From the NCBI GenBank assembly GCA_902539825.1, contig CACBMH010000004.1:1-61466 (forward strand): 61,466 nucleotides of DNA, given 5' to 3'. Below are positions 1 to 10,032 of the stretch, piece by piece. Position 1 is the first letter of the stretch, and every line of letters starts with the position of its first letter. The stretch comes from an uncultured Alphaproteobacteria bacterium. Its GTDB lineage: Bacteria > Pseudomonadota > Alphaproteobacteria > HIMB59 > GCA-002718135. Under the pieces are notes generated by a model. The model did no database searches. It was given only the letters and a program-made list of their open reading frames with translations, and was not told where the DNA came from. The position numbers and the translations under genes are program-made.

Positions 1-1
1 T

Positions 2-271
2 TTTGATATTAAGAGCAGGAATATCGCCTAATCTACCTTTAATTTTTAATTTATTTTCTTCAGTATGCAAGAATGCAATTTTAAAATATTCTTTAGTAAA
101 TGGAATTGGTGAACCTTCAAAATTTTCCCCTATAAATATATTTGCCATAGCTTTTTCATTATCTGATAAGTGATAATTTATTGGATCAATCCAAAATTCA
201 TGACTTAAAGAGATTTTTGATATTGAACTTAGAATAATTATAAATATTAACCTTTTTATATAAAATTTCAT
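2..271 (-). CDS. DUF4198-family periplasmic protein (putative Ni/Co-associated), 5' part; runs off the window start
   Basis: Not in ORF track. Hand translation from ATG at 271: MKFYIKRLIFIIILSSISKISLS-HEFWIDP...IFIGENFEG...KGRLGDIPAL. Signal peptide followed by the HEFWIxP N-terminus typical of DUF4198. Confidence 0.75.
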   Translation of the reverse strand, partial: MKFYIKRLIFIIILSSISKISLSHEFWIDPINYHLSDNEKAMANIFIGENFEGSPIPFTKEYFKIAFLHTEENKLKIKGRLGDIPALNIK

Positions 272-272
272 T

Positions 273-1430
273 ATGTTCTCTTATATTAAAATTATAAAAT
301 TATATCTATTTTTAATTCTTACTGTTTTTGTAAATTTATTTTCATCATCTTCTATTAGTCATGAAATCAAGCCATCTATTGCAGATTTTACTTATGATGA
401 AAGTTATTTGAATTTTAAAATAAGATTAAATGCTGAATTGATTTTATCTAATATTGATGCATCTACTGTTTCTAATACAGACTCTTCATCACTAAGTGAA
501 ATTTACGATAAATTTAGACTTTTAAGCAAAAAAGACCTTGAAGAAATGTTTCAAAATTCTTGGAGTGAAATAAGTTCAAATATTGATATTAAAATTAATA
601 ATGAAACAAAGAAAATAAATTTAATTAAAACTGAAGTTGAAAATATAAAAAATTTTGAAATAACTAGAGATACAAATGTTTATTTTAGAGTTTTATTGGA
701 TGAAAATTCTGAACAATTCACATTTAGGTGGGTAAAAAACTATGGCCCAATTATTTTAAGAGAGAATAATAATAACAAATTAGAAGATGATTTAGTTACA
801 GAATATTTGCAATCAGGAATTGAATCAAATAAATTTTCATTTAAGGAAAATAATTTTAGTCAAACATTTAATAGCTTCGCAAAATTTTTTGTACTAGGAA
901 TTCAACATATAATTCCAAAAGGATTAGATCATATTTTGTTCATATTTGGACTTTTTTTATTTTCATCATCTTTAAAAAAATTAATTTCTCAAATAACGAT
1001 CTTTACTATTGCTCATTCAATTACACTTATATTTGTTTCTTTATCTTTAATGAGAATTAATCCTCAAATTGTTGAACCTATTATTGCACTTTCTATAGTT
1101 TATATTGGATTAGAAAATATTTTTAAAAAATATATAAAAGAATATTTACGATATGTTGTAATCTTATTTTTTGGATTACTTCATGGTCTAGGATTTGCAT
1201 TAGTTTTGAGTGATATAGGTTATAAGAGTAGTGATTTATTTGTAAATCTCATCTCGTTTAATCTAGGTATTGAAGTTGCTCAAATATCTATAGTATTGGT
1301 TCTATATGTATTAGTTGCTTTAAACTTTGCAAAAAATAAAAATTATAGAAACTTTTTTCAAGTTCCATCTTCTATATTAATATCTATTATTGGTTTATAT
1401 TGGTTTTTAGAAAGAATTAGATTTATTTAA
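273..1430 (+). CDS. HupE/UreJ-family membrane protein (HupE_UreJ_2) with N-terminal periplasmic domain
   Basis: Signal peptide then SHE; C-terminal motifs GIQHIIPKGLDHILF, FTIAHSITL, FGLLHGLGFA, FNLGIEVAQ. Confidence 0.85.
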   Translation: MFSYIKIIKLYLFLILTVFVNLFSSSSISHEIKPSIADFTYDESYLNFKIRLNAELILSNIDASTVSNTDSSSLSEIYDKFRLLSKKDLEEMFQNSWSEISSNIDIKINNETKKINLIKTEVENIKNFEITRDTNVYFRVLLDENSEQFTFRWVKNYGPIILRENNNNKLEDDLVTEYLQSGIESNKFSFKENNFSQTFNSFAKFFVLGIQHIIPKGLDHILFIFGLFLFSSSLKKLISQITIFTIAHSITLIFVSLSLMRINPQIVEPIIALSIVYIGLENIFKKYIKEYLRYVVILFFGLLHGLGFALVLSDIGYKSSDLFVNLISFNLGIEVAQISIVLVLYVLVALNFAKNKNYRNFFQVPSSILISIIGLYWFLERIRFI

Positions 1431-1621
1431 AAAAAACTTATTAATTAAAATAAGTATAATTTTATGCATTTAAAAAAACTTTTGACCCACTATGGGTTTA
1501 CCAAAAGTTAAATTTTATTAAGTTTATCGTACATATATAATGATTTATTTTAATAGTTAAATTTTCCTAAAATTGTTATAAGAATTGCAAGGTAAATGGA
1601 TATATAAAAAAAATATTTAAA

Positions 1622-2431
1622 ATGATAAAGAATAAATTTTTACAGATTTCGAACAAAAAAATTTTTAGAGCTCTTTTTGCTTTGAGAGATATGGATAAAA
1701 ATTGGGATAGCTTAAATGAAATTCAGAGAAAAAGTTTATCTAAAAATGATTTTATGTGGAACTTTGGACATACGACTGCTGCTGAAAAAAATATAGGTAC
1801 TTTTAAGTCTTACTCTAATAGATTAGATCAATTTGAAGGATTTGAATTAAATAATTATTTAAATATGTACAAACCTAAAAAAATTTTAGAAATTGGAAGT
1901 GGTCGAGGTTATTTCTCAAAATTATTATTTGATAAAAAATTTGTTGAAGTGATTGATTTTTTTGATGTTTCTCAAGATATAAAGATATTAGAAAAAGAAA
2001 TCTCTGAAATTAAAACTAGTATTAATGTAAATTTTTATAATAATGATTTAAATTTAATCAAAGAAAAGTACGACTCAATAATTATTTTAAACACTCTTCA
2101 TCATATAAATGATAGAAAAGAATTCTTTAAAAAAATAAATAATTTATTAAATCATAGTTCATCAATTTTTCTTTCTGAACCTACAAATGCACTAGTTAGA
2201 AAACACTATACATTAAAAAAAATACTTTACCAAAAAGAATTCTTTACCAAGCCAATGGTGACACATCATCCTATTTCAAGGAGTGAAATAAAAAGGCTTA
2301 CTAAAGATAACTTTGTTATTAAATATATGAATTATAAATATATTGATAAAATTAAAAAAAATTTTTTATTAAATTTAATTAAAGGATATTATATTTCCTC
2401 ATTTATCTCTATTGTGTTAAAAAAAGTGTAA
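1622..2431 (+). CDS. Class I SAM-dependent methyltransferase
   Basis: ILEIGSGRG motif I, YDSII..NTLHHI, LSEP. Extremely AT-rich. Confidence 0.75.
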   Translation: MIKNKFLQISNKKIFRALFALRDMDKNWDSLNEIQRKSLSKNDFMWNFGHTTAAEKNIGTFKSYSNRLDQFEGFELNNYLNMYKPKKILEIGSGRGYFSKLLFDKKFVEVIDFFDVSQDIKILEKEISEIKTSINVNFYNNDLNLIKEKYDSIIILNTLHHINDRKEFFKKINNLLNHSSSIFLSEPTNALVRKHYTLKKILYQKEFFTKPMVTHHPISRSEIKRLTKDNFVIKYMNYKYIDKIKKNFLLNLIKGYYISSFISIVLKKV

Positions 2432-2637
2432 TTAATTTACTACTCTTAAAGTTCACTTTACACTATCTATATTAAGAGTATTGTATCAATATGATGGAAT
2501 AAAAATGAAAATAAATTCATAAATATCATCAAAAGAATTTAAAAAAATAATAATATTGTCAATTTTTGATCTAATATTGTTGAGTTAGTTTGATTATTTC
2601 GATATTACACATAATTACGAACAATGAAGAAACAACA

Positions 2638-2729
2638 GGAGAGATGGGTGAGTGGCTTAAACCACAGGTTTGCTAAACCTGCGAAGGAAGTAATTCCTTC
2701 CGAGGGTTCGAATCCCTCTCTCTCCGCCA
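2638..2729 (+). tRNA. tRNA-Ser(GCT)
   Basis: GGAGAGA/TCTCTCC acceptor stem, anticodon arm CAGGT-TTGCTAA-ACCTG, long variable arm (GAAGGAAGTAATTCCTTC), GGTTCGAATCC T-loop, encoded CCA. Confidence 0.97.
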
Positions 2730-2736
2730 TATAGAA

Positions 2737-3609
2737 ATGTTTAGAGGAAGTATACCAGCAGTTATTACTCCATTTTCTGAAGACAAAGTTGATTATGACT
2801 CGTTAACAAAAGTTTTAACTCATTTAATTGATAATGGATCTCATGGACTAGTTCCTTGCGGAACAACTGGGGAATCACCAACTTTATCGCATGACGAACA
2901 TAAAAAAATAATTGAAGAAACGATTAGAGTTACAGATAAAAGAATTCCTGTTATAGCTGGTACCGGTTCAAACAATACTTTAGAAGCTATAGAATATACT
3001 GAACATGCTGAAAATTCTGGAGCAGATGCTGCTTTAATTGTAACACCATATTATAATAAACCAACTCAATCAGGTTTATATGAGCATTTTAGAGTTATAG
3101 CTGAAAAAACTAATATTCCGATAATTATTTATAATATACCTGGTAGATCAATCGTTGATATGTCTATTGAAACAATGATCGAATTATCAAAAATTAAAAA
3201 TATTATTGGGGTTAAGGATGCAACAAATGATTTATTTAGACCATTACTTACTAGAAAAAAAATGCAAAATGAATTTTGTTTTCTTTCTGGAGAAGATGGG
3301 ACAGCATTAGCATATTTAGCACAAGAAGGTCATGGATGTATATCAGTTACTGCTAATGTAGCACCAAAATTGTGTTCAGAAATGCATATTGCTTGGCAAG
3401 AGTCTAATATTTCCAAAGCTCAAGAAATTAATCTAAAATTATCATCTTTGCACAATGCTTTATTTATAGAATCAAGTCCTGGACCAGTTAAATATGCAGC
3501 TTCATTGTTGGGCTTATGTAATGAAAAAACAAGATTGCCCTTAACACAAATTAAAGATGATACAAAAAAAGCAGTCAAAAATTGCCTTCAAGAATTACAA
3601 CTACTATAA
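2737..3609 (+). CDS. dapA: 4-hydroxy-tetrahydrodipicolinate synthase
   Basis: GTTGES, TPYYNKP, YNIPGR, GVKDAT motifs. Confidence 0.97.
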   Translation: MFRGSIPAVITPFSEDKVDYDSLTKVLTHLIDNGSHGLVPCGTTGESPTLSHDEHKKIIEETIRVTDKRIPVIAGTGSNNTLEAIEYTEHAENSGADAALIVTPYYNKPTQSGLYEHFRVIAEKTNIPIIIYNIPGRSIVDMSIETMIELSKIKNIIGVKDATNDLFRPLLTRKKMQNEFCFLSGEDGTALAYLAQEGHGCISVTANVAPKLCSEMHIAWQESNISKAQEINLKLSSLHNALFIESSPGPVKYAASLLGLCNEKTRLPLTQIKDDTKKAVKNCLQELQLL

Positions 3610-4056
3610 ATGAAAATTATAGCCGCAAACAATAGGGCTAATTATAACTTTACAATATCAAATAAAATTGAAGCTGGTATTGTGTTAACTGGATCAGAGG
3701 TTAAATCTTTACGAATAAATACAGGCTCTATAAGAGGTTCATATATTATAGAACAAAATGGTGAACTATGGCTTTCAAATTCTTTTATAAAAAAATATCA
3801 AAATTCAAATGAGAACAACTATGATCCAACTAGAAAAAGAAAATTATTAGTTACAAAAAGAGAATTTGATAAAATATCAGGTTCTATTAAACAAGGTGGA
3901 TTTACAATAATTCCACTTTCTTTATATTTTTCAGATAAGGGTTTCGCAAAATTATCATGTGGAATTGCTAAAGGTAAGAAGAAAATTGATAAAAGAGAGT
4001 CAATAAAACAAAGAGATTGGAATATTAAAAAGCAAAGATTGCTTAAAAATAATTAA
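3610..4056 (+). CDS. smpB: SsrA-binding protein
   Basis: [33 protein letters not shown]. Confidence 0.96.
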   Translation: MKIIAANNRANYNFTISNKIEAGIVLTGSEVKSLRINTGSIRGSYIIEQNGELWLSNSFIKKYQNSNENNYDPTRKRKLLVTKREFDKISGSIKQGGFTIIPLSLYFSDKGFAKLSCGIAKGKKKIDKRESIKQRDWNIKKQRLLKNN

Positions 4057-4093
4057 CTATTTACTTTTAAAAATTCATAACTATAAGCCCATT

Positions 4094-4513
4094 ATGGCAA
4101 GAATAACAGTTGAAGATTGTATTGATAAATTTCCAAGTAGGTTTGAGTTAGTTTTGGTAGCTTCAAATAGAGCCAGAAAATTATATTCTGGTGAAAATCC
4201 AACTGTAGAGATTGATAATGATAAAAATACCGTTATTGCACTTAGGGAAATAGCAGAAGAAACTCTTACAACAGAACAACTAAAAAATGATTTAATTGAA
4301 GAATATCAAACTAATACATTTAGTGAAGATGAAGAAATAAGTGAAATAGAAGATAATAGTGATGAAAGTGAAGCTGGTGATAACGAATTAAATAGCTCCG
4401 AAATTCAAGAAAATAATGAAGATCCTAATAATCACTCAGAAAACACTAATATTGAAACTGCGCAAGATAATTTAGAAAACTCATCAGATGATGAGAAAGT
4501 GCAGGATATATAA
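4094..4513 (+). CDS. rpoZ: RNA polymerase omega subunit with acidic C-terminal tail
   Basis: [34 protein letters not shown]; sits upstream of spoT. Confidence 0.96.
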   Translation: MARITVEDCIDKFPSRFELVLVASNRARKLYSGENPTVEIDNDKNTVIALREIAEETLTTEQLKNDLIEEYQTNTFSEDEEISEIEDNSDESEAGDNELNSSEIQENNEDPNNHSENTNIETAQDNLENSSDDEKVQDI

Positions 4514-4556
4514 TAAAACTAAACTATAATAAAAATAAATAATTTAAATATTATTT

Positions 4557-6680
4557 ATGACTTATAAAATTCATAAAGAGATAGAATTAATTACTTCGTA
4601 TCTTACTAATGAAGAAAAAGATAAAGTAAGACATGCGCTTAAATTGAGTGAACAAGCTCACAGTAATCAGCTAAGAAAATCTGGAGATCCTTTTATAACT
4701 CACCCACTAGAAGTAGCGAAAATTCTGACATCAATAAAATTAGATGCTGACTCAATAGTAGCAGGCTTACTTCATGATACTTTAGAAGATACAAGTTTAA
4801 ATATAGAAGAGATTAATAAAAATTTTGGAAAAGAAATTGTAGAGCTTGTAGATGGGTTAACAAAAATAAATAAATATTCTTTAAAGGTCAACAATCAAAA
4901 GTTTGGAGAGAATTATAAAAAATTAATTTTAGCAACAACAAAAGATTTAAGAGTAATTTTAGTAAAGTTAGCTGATAGATTACACAATATGAGAACAATT
5001 CAATTTATTAAAGACGAAAATAAAAAAACTAAAATAGCATTAGAAACACTTGAAGTATTTGCCCCCTTAGCTCAAAGATTAGGAATGAAGGAATGGCAAG
5101 ATGAATTAGAAGATATTTCATTTGAAATAATAAATCCTGATGCAAAAAAAACAATAATAGAAAGATTGGAATATTTAAAATCAAAGGATGACAATATTGT
5201 TGATGGAATAAGATATGAGTTAAAAAAAATTTTTTTTCAAGAAGATTTATTCTGTAAGGTAGAAGGTAGGATTAAGTCTCCATATTCAATATGGAATAAG
5301 ATTAAAAATAAAAATATTTCTTTCGATCAACTTTCTGATATTATGGCTTTTAGAGTTATTACTAATTCAACTAGAGAATGTTACAGATGCTTAGGAATTA
5401 TCCATAGGCAATATCCCTATATTCAGGGTCGATTTAAAGATTTTATTTCTGCACCAAAATCAAATGGGTACAGAGCTCTTCATACTTCAGTAATGGGACC
5501 AAAAAATAAAAAAATTGAAATACAATTTAGATCAAACATTATGGATCAAATTGCTGATTTTGGTATTGCGTCTCATTGGAAATATAAAGATCCGAAAAAA
5601 ATAAAAGAAAAAGACGCAAGAGAATATAAGTGGGTATATGATTTAGTAGATTCAATGAATTCTTCAGTTAATCAAGATGAATTAATTCAAAACTCAAAAT
5701 TAAAAGTATTTCAGAATGATATTTTTGTATTTACTCCAAAAGGAGATCTTATAGAATTACCTAAAAATGCAACTCCTGTAGATTTTGCATATGCAATACA
5801 TAGTCAGATAGGTGATAAATGTGTAGCAGCTAAAATTAATGATAAGCTGCAACCACTAAAAACAATTTTAAATAATGGCGATCAAATAGAAATTGTTACT
5901 TCGGAATCTTCACAGCCTTCGCCTCTTTGGCAGAGATTTGCAGTAACAACAAAGGTAAAATCACAACTAAGAAGATTTTTTAAATTTAAGAAGAGAGAAG
6001 AGCATATAATATTTGGTAGAGAAATATTAATAAATTATTTTCAAAAAGAAAATTACGAATTTAATAAAAATACTGAACAAAAAATATTGGATGATTATAA
6101 ATATAAATCAATAAACGATTTATATGCATTAATCGGATCAGGTGAAATTACAGCACTTTCTGTAATCAAAAAAATTTATCCTGAGTATAATTATATTCCA
6201 GTTTCAAAATTTAATGAAAATATCCAAAATCCTATAAAATTAAAGGGGTTGACAGCTGGAATGTCTTACCATCTCGCGGGTTGCTGCTCTCCTTTAAAAG
6301 GAGATAGTATAGTTGGAATAGTTACTGCAGGAATAGGTGTTGCCGTTCATACACTTGATTGTGAAACCCTTTCATCATATCAAGATGCACCTGATAGATG
6401 GTTAAATATTTCTTGGGATAATGACAATAATTTAGATACAATATCAAATGCTAGGATTGTTGTAGTATTATTTAATAAACCGGGAAGTCTTGGTAAAGTT
6501 ACAACAGTTATTGCAAAAAATAATGGAAATATTTCTAATATTCTTTTTTCAGTAAGGAAACCTGATTTTTTTGAGATTATAATAGACATTGAGGTTAGAG
6601 ACGCTAATCATTTACAAAATATAATTGCAGCATTAAGAATGGAAAAAGAAGTATCCTCTTTAGAGAGATTAAAAGGTTAA
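4557..6680 (+). CDS. spoT: Bifunctional (p)ppGpp synthetase/hydrolase (Rel/SpoT)
   Basis: HD domain (HPLEVA, LLHDTLED, KLADRLHNMRT), synthetase RFKD/NGYRALHT, TGS (FVFTPKG, DFAYAIH), C-terminal ACT. Confidence 0.96.
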   Translation: MTYKIHKEIELITSYLTNEEKDKVRHALKLSEQAHSNQLRKSGDPFITHPLEVAKILTSIKLDADSIVAGLLHDTLEDTSLNIEEINKNFGKEIVELVDGLTKINKYSLKVNNQKFGENYKKLILATTKDLRVILVKLADRLHNMRTIQFIKDENKKTKIALETLEVFAPLAQRLGMKEWQDELEDISFEIINPDAKKTIIERLEYLKSKDDNIVDGIRYELKKIFFQEDLFCKVEGRIKSPYSIWNKIKNKNISFDQLSDIMAFRVITNSTRECYRCLGIIHRQYPYIQGRFKDFISAPKSNGYRALHTSVMGPKNKKIEIQFRSNIMDQIADFGIASHWKYKDPKKIKEKDAREYKWVYDLVDSMNSSVNQDELIQNSKLKVFQNDIFVFTPKGDLIELPKNATPVDFAYAIHSQIGDKCVAAKINDKLQPLKTILNNGDQIEIVTSESSQPSPLWQRFAVTTKVKSQLRRFFKFKKREEHIIFGREILINYFQKENYEFNKNTEQKILDDYKYKSINDLYALIGSGEITALSVIKKIYPEYNYIPVSKFNENIQNPIKLKGLTAGMSYHLAGCCSPLKGDSIVGIVTAGIGVAVHTLDCETLSSYQDAPDRWLNISWDNDNNLDTISNARIVVVLFNKPGSLGKVTTVIAKNNGNISNILFSVRKPDFFEIIIDIEVRDANHLQNIIAALRMEKEVSSLERLKG

Positions 6681-6682
6681 AT

Positions 6683-7069
6683 ATGATAATTGGCAATGGA
6701 ATAGATATTATTGACATTAATAGAATTAGAAAAGTAATAGATAAATATGGTAATAGATTTAAAAAAAGATGTTTTAGTATTTCTGAGATAGAAAGATCAG
6801 AAAAAAGATTAAATTCGGTAGAATCTTATGCAAAAAGATACGCTGCCAAGGAAGCTTGCGCTAAAGCTTTAGGTACAGGTCTGGCTAGAGGTGTATTTTG
6901 GAAAGATATTGAAGTCAAAAACAACCAATTTGGCAAACCATTTATTACACTTCATGGCAATGCAAAAAAAATTTTAAAAAATATAAATAAAACTTCGAAT
7001 ACAAAAATCGAAGTATCGCTTTCTGATGAAAAAAAATATGCAATAGCAAATGTTACAATTTATGACTAA
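6683..7069 (+). CDS. acpS: Holo-[acyl-carrier-protein] synthase
   Basis: IIGNGIDI, YAKRYAAKEACAKALGTG, GKP, SLSDE. Confidence 0.96.
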   Translation: MIIGNGIDIIDINRIRKVIDKYGNRFKKRCFSISEIERSEKRLNSVESYAKRYAAKEACAKALGTGLARGVFWKDIEVKNNQFGKPFITLHGNAKKILKNINKTSNTKIEVSLSDEKKYAIANVTIYD

Positions 7070-7796
7070 AGGTAAAAAAAATAGTTTTTTTGCTAATTTA
7101 AAATCAATATTTATAGCAATCTTTATAGCTTTATTGATTAGATCATTTATATTTGAACCGTTCAACATACCTTCAGGATCAATGAAGCCAAATCTTCTTG
7201 TAGGAGACTTTATTTTTGTTTCAAAATATTCATACGGTTTTTCAAAACACTCTCTTCCATTTTCCATACCTATAATACCCGGTAAAATATTCTCAAACAC
7301 GCCTGAAAGAGGTGATGTAGTAGTTTTTAAAACTCCTGAAAATAATAGAACTGATTATATTAAAAGAGTTATTGGTCTACCTGGTGATAAAATAGAAATT
7401 AAAAATGGTATTATTTTTATTAATGGATCAGAAATTCTAAGAAAAAAACTAAATGATTTTATAGATACAGATAACAAAACAACTAACAAAAGAGTTAGAA
7501 TGTATAATGAATATTTTTTTAACAAAGAAATCACTATTCTTGATATTACAGACAATGGTATAGCGGATAATACCCAGTTATTTAACGTCCCAGAAAATCA
7601 TTTCTTTGTAATGGGTGATAATAGAGATAATTCACAAGATAGTAGATTTATAAGTACAGTTGGATTCATTCCTTATGAAAATTTAGTTGGTAAAGCGCAG
7701 TTTATTTTCTTTTCTTTGGAAAATGCAAGATTTTTACAGATATGGAAATGGCCTAACTCAATTAGATATGAAAGAATTTTTCAAAAAATTCAATGA
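7062..7796 (+). CDS. lepB: Signal peptidase I
   Basis: IPSGSMKPNL (catalytic Ser), YIKRVIGLPGD (Lys), GDNRDNSQDSR. Start placed at ATG 7062; 7050 also possible. Confidence 0.96.
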   Translation: MTKGKKNSFFANLKSIFIAIFIALLIRSFIFEPFNIPSGSMKPNLLVGDFIFVSKYSYGFSKHSLPFSIPIIPGKIFSNTPERGDVVVFKTPENNRTDYIKRVIGLPGDKIEIKNGIIFINGSEILRKKLNDFIDTDNKTTNKRVRMYNEYFFNKEITILDITDNGIADNTQLFNVPENHFFVMGDNRDNSQDSRFISTVGFIPYENLVGKAQFIFFSLENARFLQIWKWPNSIRYERIFQKIQ

Positions 7797-8500
7797 TAGA
7801 AAGTAAAAAAATTAAACTATTTGAAAAAAAAATAAATTATAGGTTTAAAAACAGCAAATTGTTAATTCAATCCTTAACTCATCCAAGTTTCTATTTAGAA
7901 AATGAAAAAAAAATTAAAATAAATCAATTTGAAAGATTTGAATTTTTAGGTGATCGAGTACTAGGATTAATAATAGCAAATTTATTATTTTCAAAATATA
8001 AAAAGTTTAATGAAGGTGATTTATCTAAAAAATATTCTTATTTAGTTCAAAAAAAATTTTTGTTTAAAATTTCTCAAGAATTGCAAATAGAAGATGTGCT
8101 TCAATATAATTTTAAGAAAAAAAATAATAAAATGTTAAATTCAATTTTTTCAGATTCAGTAGAGTCATTAATTGGAGCAATCTTTCTAGATGGAGGATAT
8201 AATGCTTCATTTGATTTTATAAGTAAATTTTGGTCAAAACATCTAGATATTGAAGTTTCTAAAACCTTAGATCCAAAAACTTTATTACAAGAAATGTCAC
8301 AACAACTTTTTAAAAAACTTCCTGAATATAAATTAATCAAAAAAGAAGGGCCACCTCACTCACCCACATTCACCGTTTCAGTTAAAGTTGTAAATTTAAA
8401 TAAGATTAATTCAAAAGGTTCCTCAATAAGAGATGCAGAGAGAAATGCAGCAGAAATTGCATTAAAAAAAATTAATGAAAAGAAAAATATTAAAAATTAG
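7793..8500 (+). CDS. rnc: Ribonuclease III
   Basis: ERFEFLGDRVLGL signature, DSVESLIGAIFLDGG, dsRBD (DPKTLLQE, GPPHSPTF). Confidence 0.96.
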   Translation: MIESKKIKLFEKKINYRFKNSKLLIQSLTHPSFYLENEKKIKINQFERFEFLGDRVLGLIIANLLFSKYKKFNEGDLSKKYSYLVQKKFLFKISQELQIEDVLQYNFKKKNNKMLNSIFSDSVESLIGAIFLDGGYNASFDFISKFWSKHLDIEVSKTLDPKTLLQEMSQQLFKKLPEYKLIKKEGPPHSPTFTVSVKVVNLNKINSKGSSIRDAERNAAEIALKKINEKKNIKN

Positions 8501-9332
8501 TCTTGTCGGTAAGACTAATGCAGGCAAATCAACTCTATTAAATAACCTAGTTGGTGAGAAAATTTCAATAACAAACAAAAAAATTAATACTACTGAAGAT
8601 TTTGTAATTGGTATTGTTAATATTAAAAATACTCAACTAGTTCTATATGATACACCTGGTATCAGCTTTCTTAGAGATAATAAATCTCAAAAAACTAAAT
8701 TGAAGAAAAATTTATGGGAAGGCTTAAATCAATCAGATATTATCTTGTATTTAATTGATTCAAAAAGGATTGAATTGAATGATTTAAAAAATGACTTTCC
8801 TAAACTTTATGAATTAAAAAAGAATATTTCAATTATTTTTAATAAAACCGATTTAATAAAAGCTGAAAATTTACTTAAGCATATAAAATTAATTACAGAA
8901 AAATATAATATAGAGAAATTTTTTAACATATCAGCTAAAAAAAAATTAGGTTTTGAAAATTTAATTGATTATCTTTTACAAAAATCAAAATATGGGAGGT
9001 GGCTATATAAGGATGATGAAATCACAGACAAAGATGATATTTTTATCACCAATGAATGTACAAGAAATGAAGTACTATCATTAATTCATAAAGAAATTCC
9101 ATATAATATAGAAGTAACTAATAAAACTTTTAAATATTTGAAAAATGGACAGCTAAAAATAAAACAAGATATTATTATTAAAAATGATAGATACAAAAAA
9201 ATATTATTGGGCAGGAAAGGATCAAAAATAAAAGATATTAGAATAAAAAGTCAAAAAGAAATTTCTAATATTTTAGATGTAAAAACTCATCTTTATATCA
9301 ATATAATATTATCAGATGCAAAAAAAATTTAA
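8475..9332 (+). CDS. era: GTPase Era
   Basis: GKTNAGKST, DTPG, NKTD, KH domain (EIPY, ILLGRKGSKIK); rnc-era-recO synteny. Confidence 0.94.
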   Translation: MKRKILKISLVGKTNAGKSTLLNNLVGEKISITNKKINTTEDFVIGIVNIKNTQLVLYDTPGISFLRDNKSQKTKLKKNLWEGLNQSDIILYLIDSKRIELNDLKNDFPKLYELKKNISIIFNKTDLIKAENLLKHIKLITEKYNIEKFFNISAKKKLGFENLIDYLLQKSKYGRWLYKDDEITDKDDIFITNECTRNEVLSLIHKEIPYNIEVTNKTFKYLKNGQLKIKQDIIIKNDRYKKILLGRKGSKIKDIRIKSQKEISNILDVKTHLYINIILSDAKKI

Positions 9333-10032
9333 CGGAATACTTATACATTCAAAAGTTTTCAAAGATAATGATCTATTAATTAAATTTTTATCAGATACGG
9401 ATGAAGTATTCTCAGGAATTGTATATGGGGGACTTTCAAAAAATAAGAAAAATATAATGCAACTTGGTTTTTTTTTAAATTTGGATGTAACATATATTGG
9501 TAATCGTCCACCATCAATAAAAGCTGAATTATCAAAACCTTATTTATCAAGTGTTATTAATGATAAATATAAACTAAGCTGCCTACTTTCAGTTGTATCT
9601 TTAATTAATGCCTCAATAATTGAAGGACAGAAAATAAACCAAATATATAAAATTTCTAAAGAGTTTTTAGAAATTATGATTAGTAAAAAAAAATGGTTAA
9701 ATTTCTTTTGTATCTACTTATTTGATTTACTTAAATATATTGGATACGAATTAGATTATGTTAACAATAATAGATTTAAATATTTTGATACAGATACTTT
9801 AGAATTTAAAGAAAATTACTCAAACTATACTATTGATTTTCCTCATCATCTTTTTGTGAGTAATTCAAATATTGCATTCGATTATTACTCTTTAAATAAT
9901 TTTTTTAAAATTTTTGAAATTATTTTTATTAAAAATCATTTATCAAATTTAAATCATAAATTGCCAAATCAGTATATTTTATTTAAGAAAAATATAATCA
10001 GTTTTTTAGCAAAGAATGAACAAAATAATTGA
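9316..10032 (+). CDS. recO: DNA repair protein RecO (divergent)
   Basis: N-terminal OB-like GILIHSKVFKDNDLLIKFLS..G.VYGG; position after era. Confidence 0.8.
   Translation: MQKKFNGILIHSKVFKDNDLLIKFLSDTDEVFSGIVYGGLSKNKKNIMQLGFFLNLDVTYIGNRPPSIKAELSKPYLSSVINDKYKLSCLLSVVSLINASIIEGQKINQIYKISKEFLEIMISKKKWLNFFCIYLFDLLKYIGYELDYVNNNRFKYFDTDTLEFKENYSNYTIDFPHHLFVSNSNIAFDYYSLNNFFKIFEIIFIKNHLSNLNHKLPNQYILFKKNIISFLAKNEQNN

Noticed and set aside
1470-1515. Possible integron attC site (inverted repeat ending in GTTAAAT)
   Set aside because: Too short, no RYYYAAC partner, no repeated sites and no integron integrase.
4300-4513. Acidic low-complexity tail of RpoZ as a novelty or repeat
   Set aside because: Acidic tails are common in alphaproteobacterial omega subunits; no true tandem repeat.
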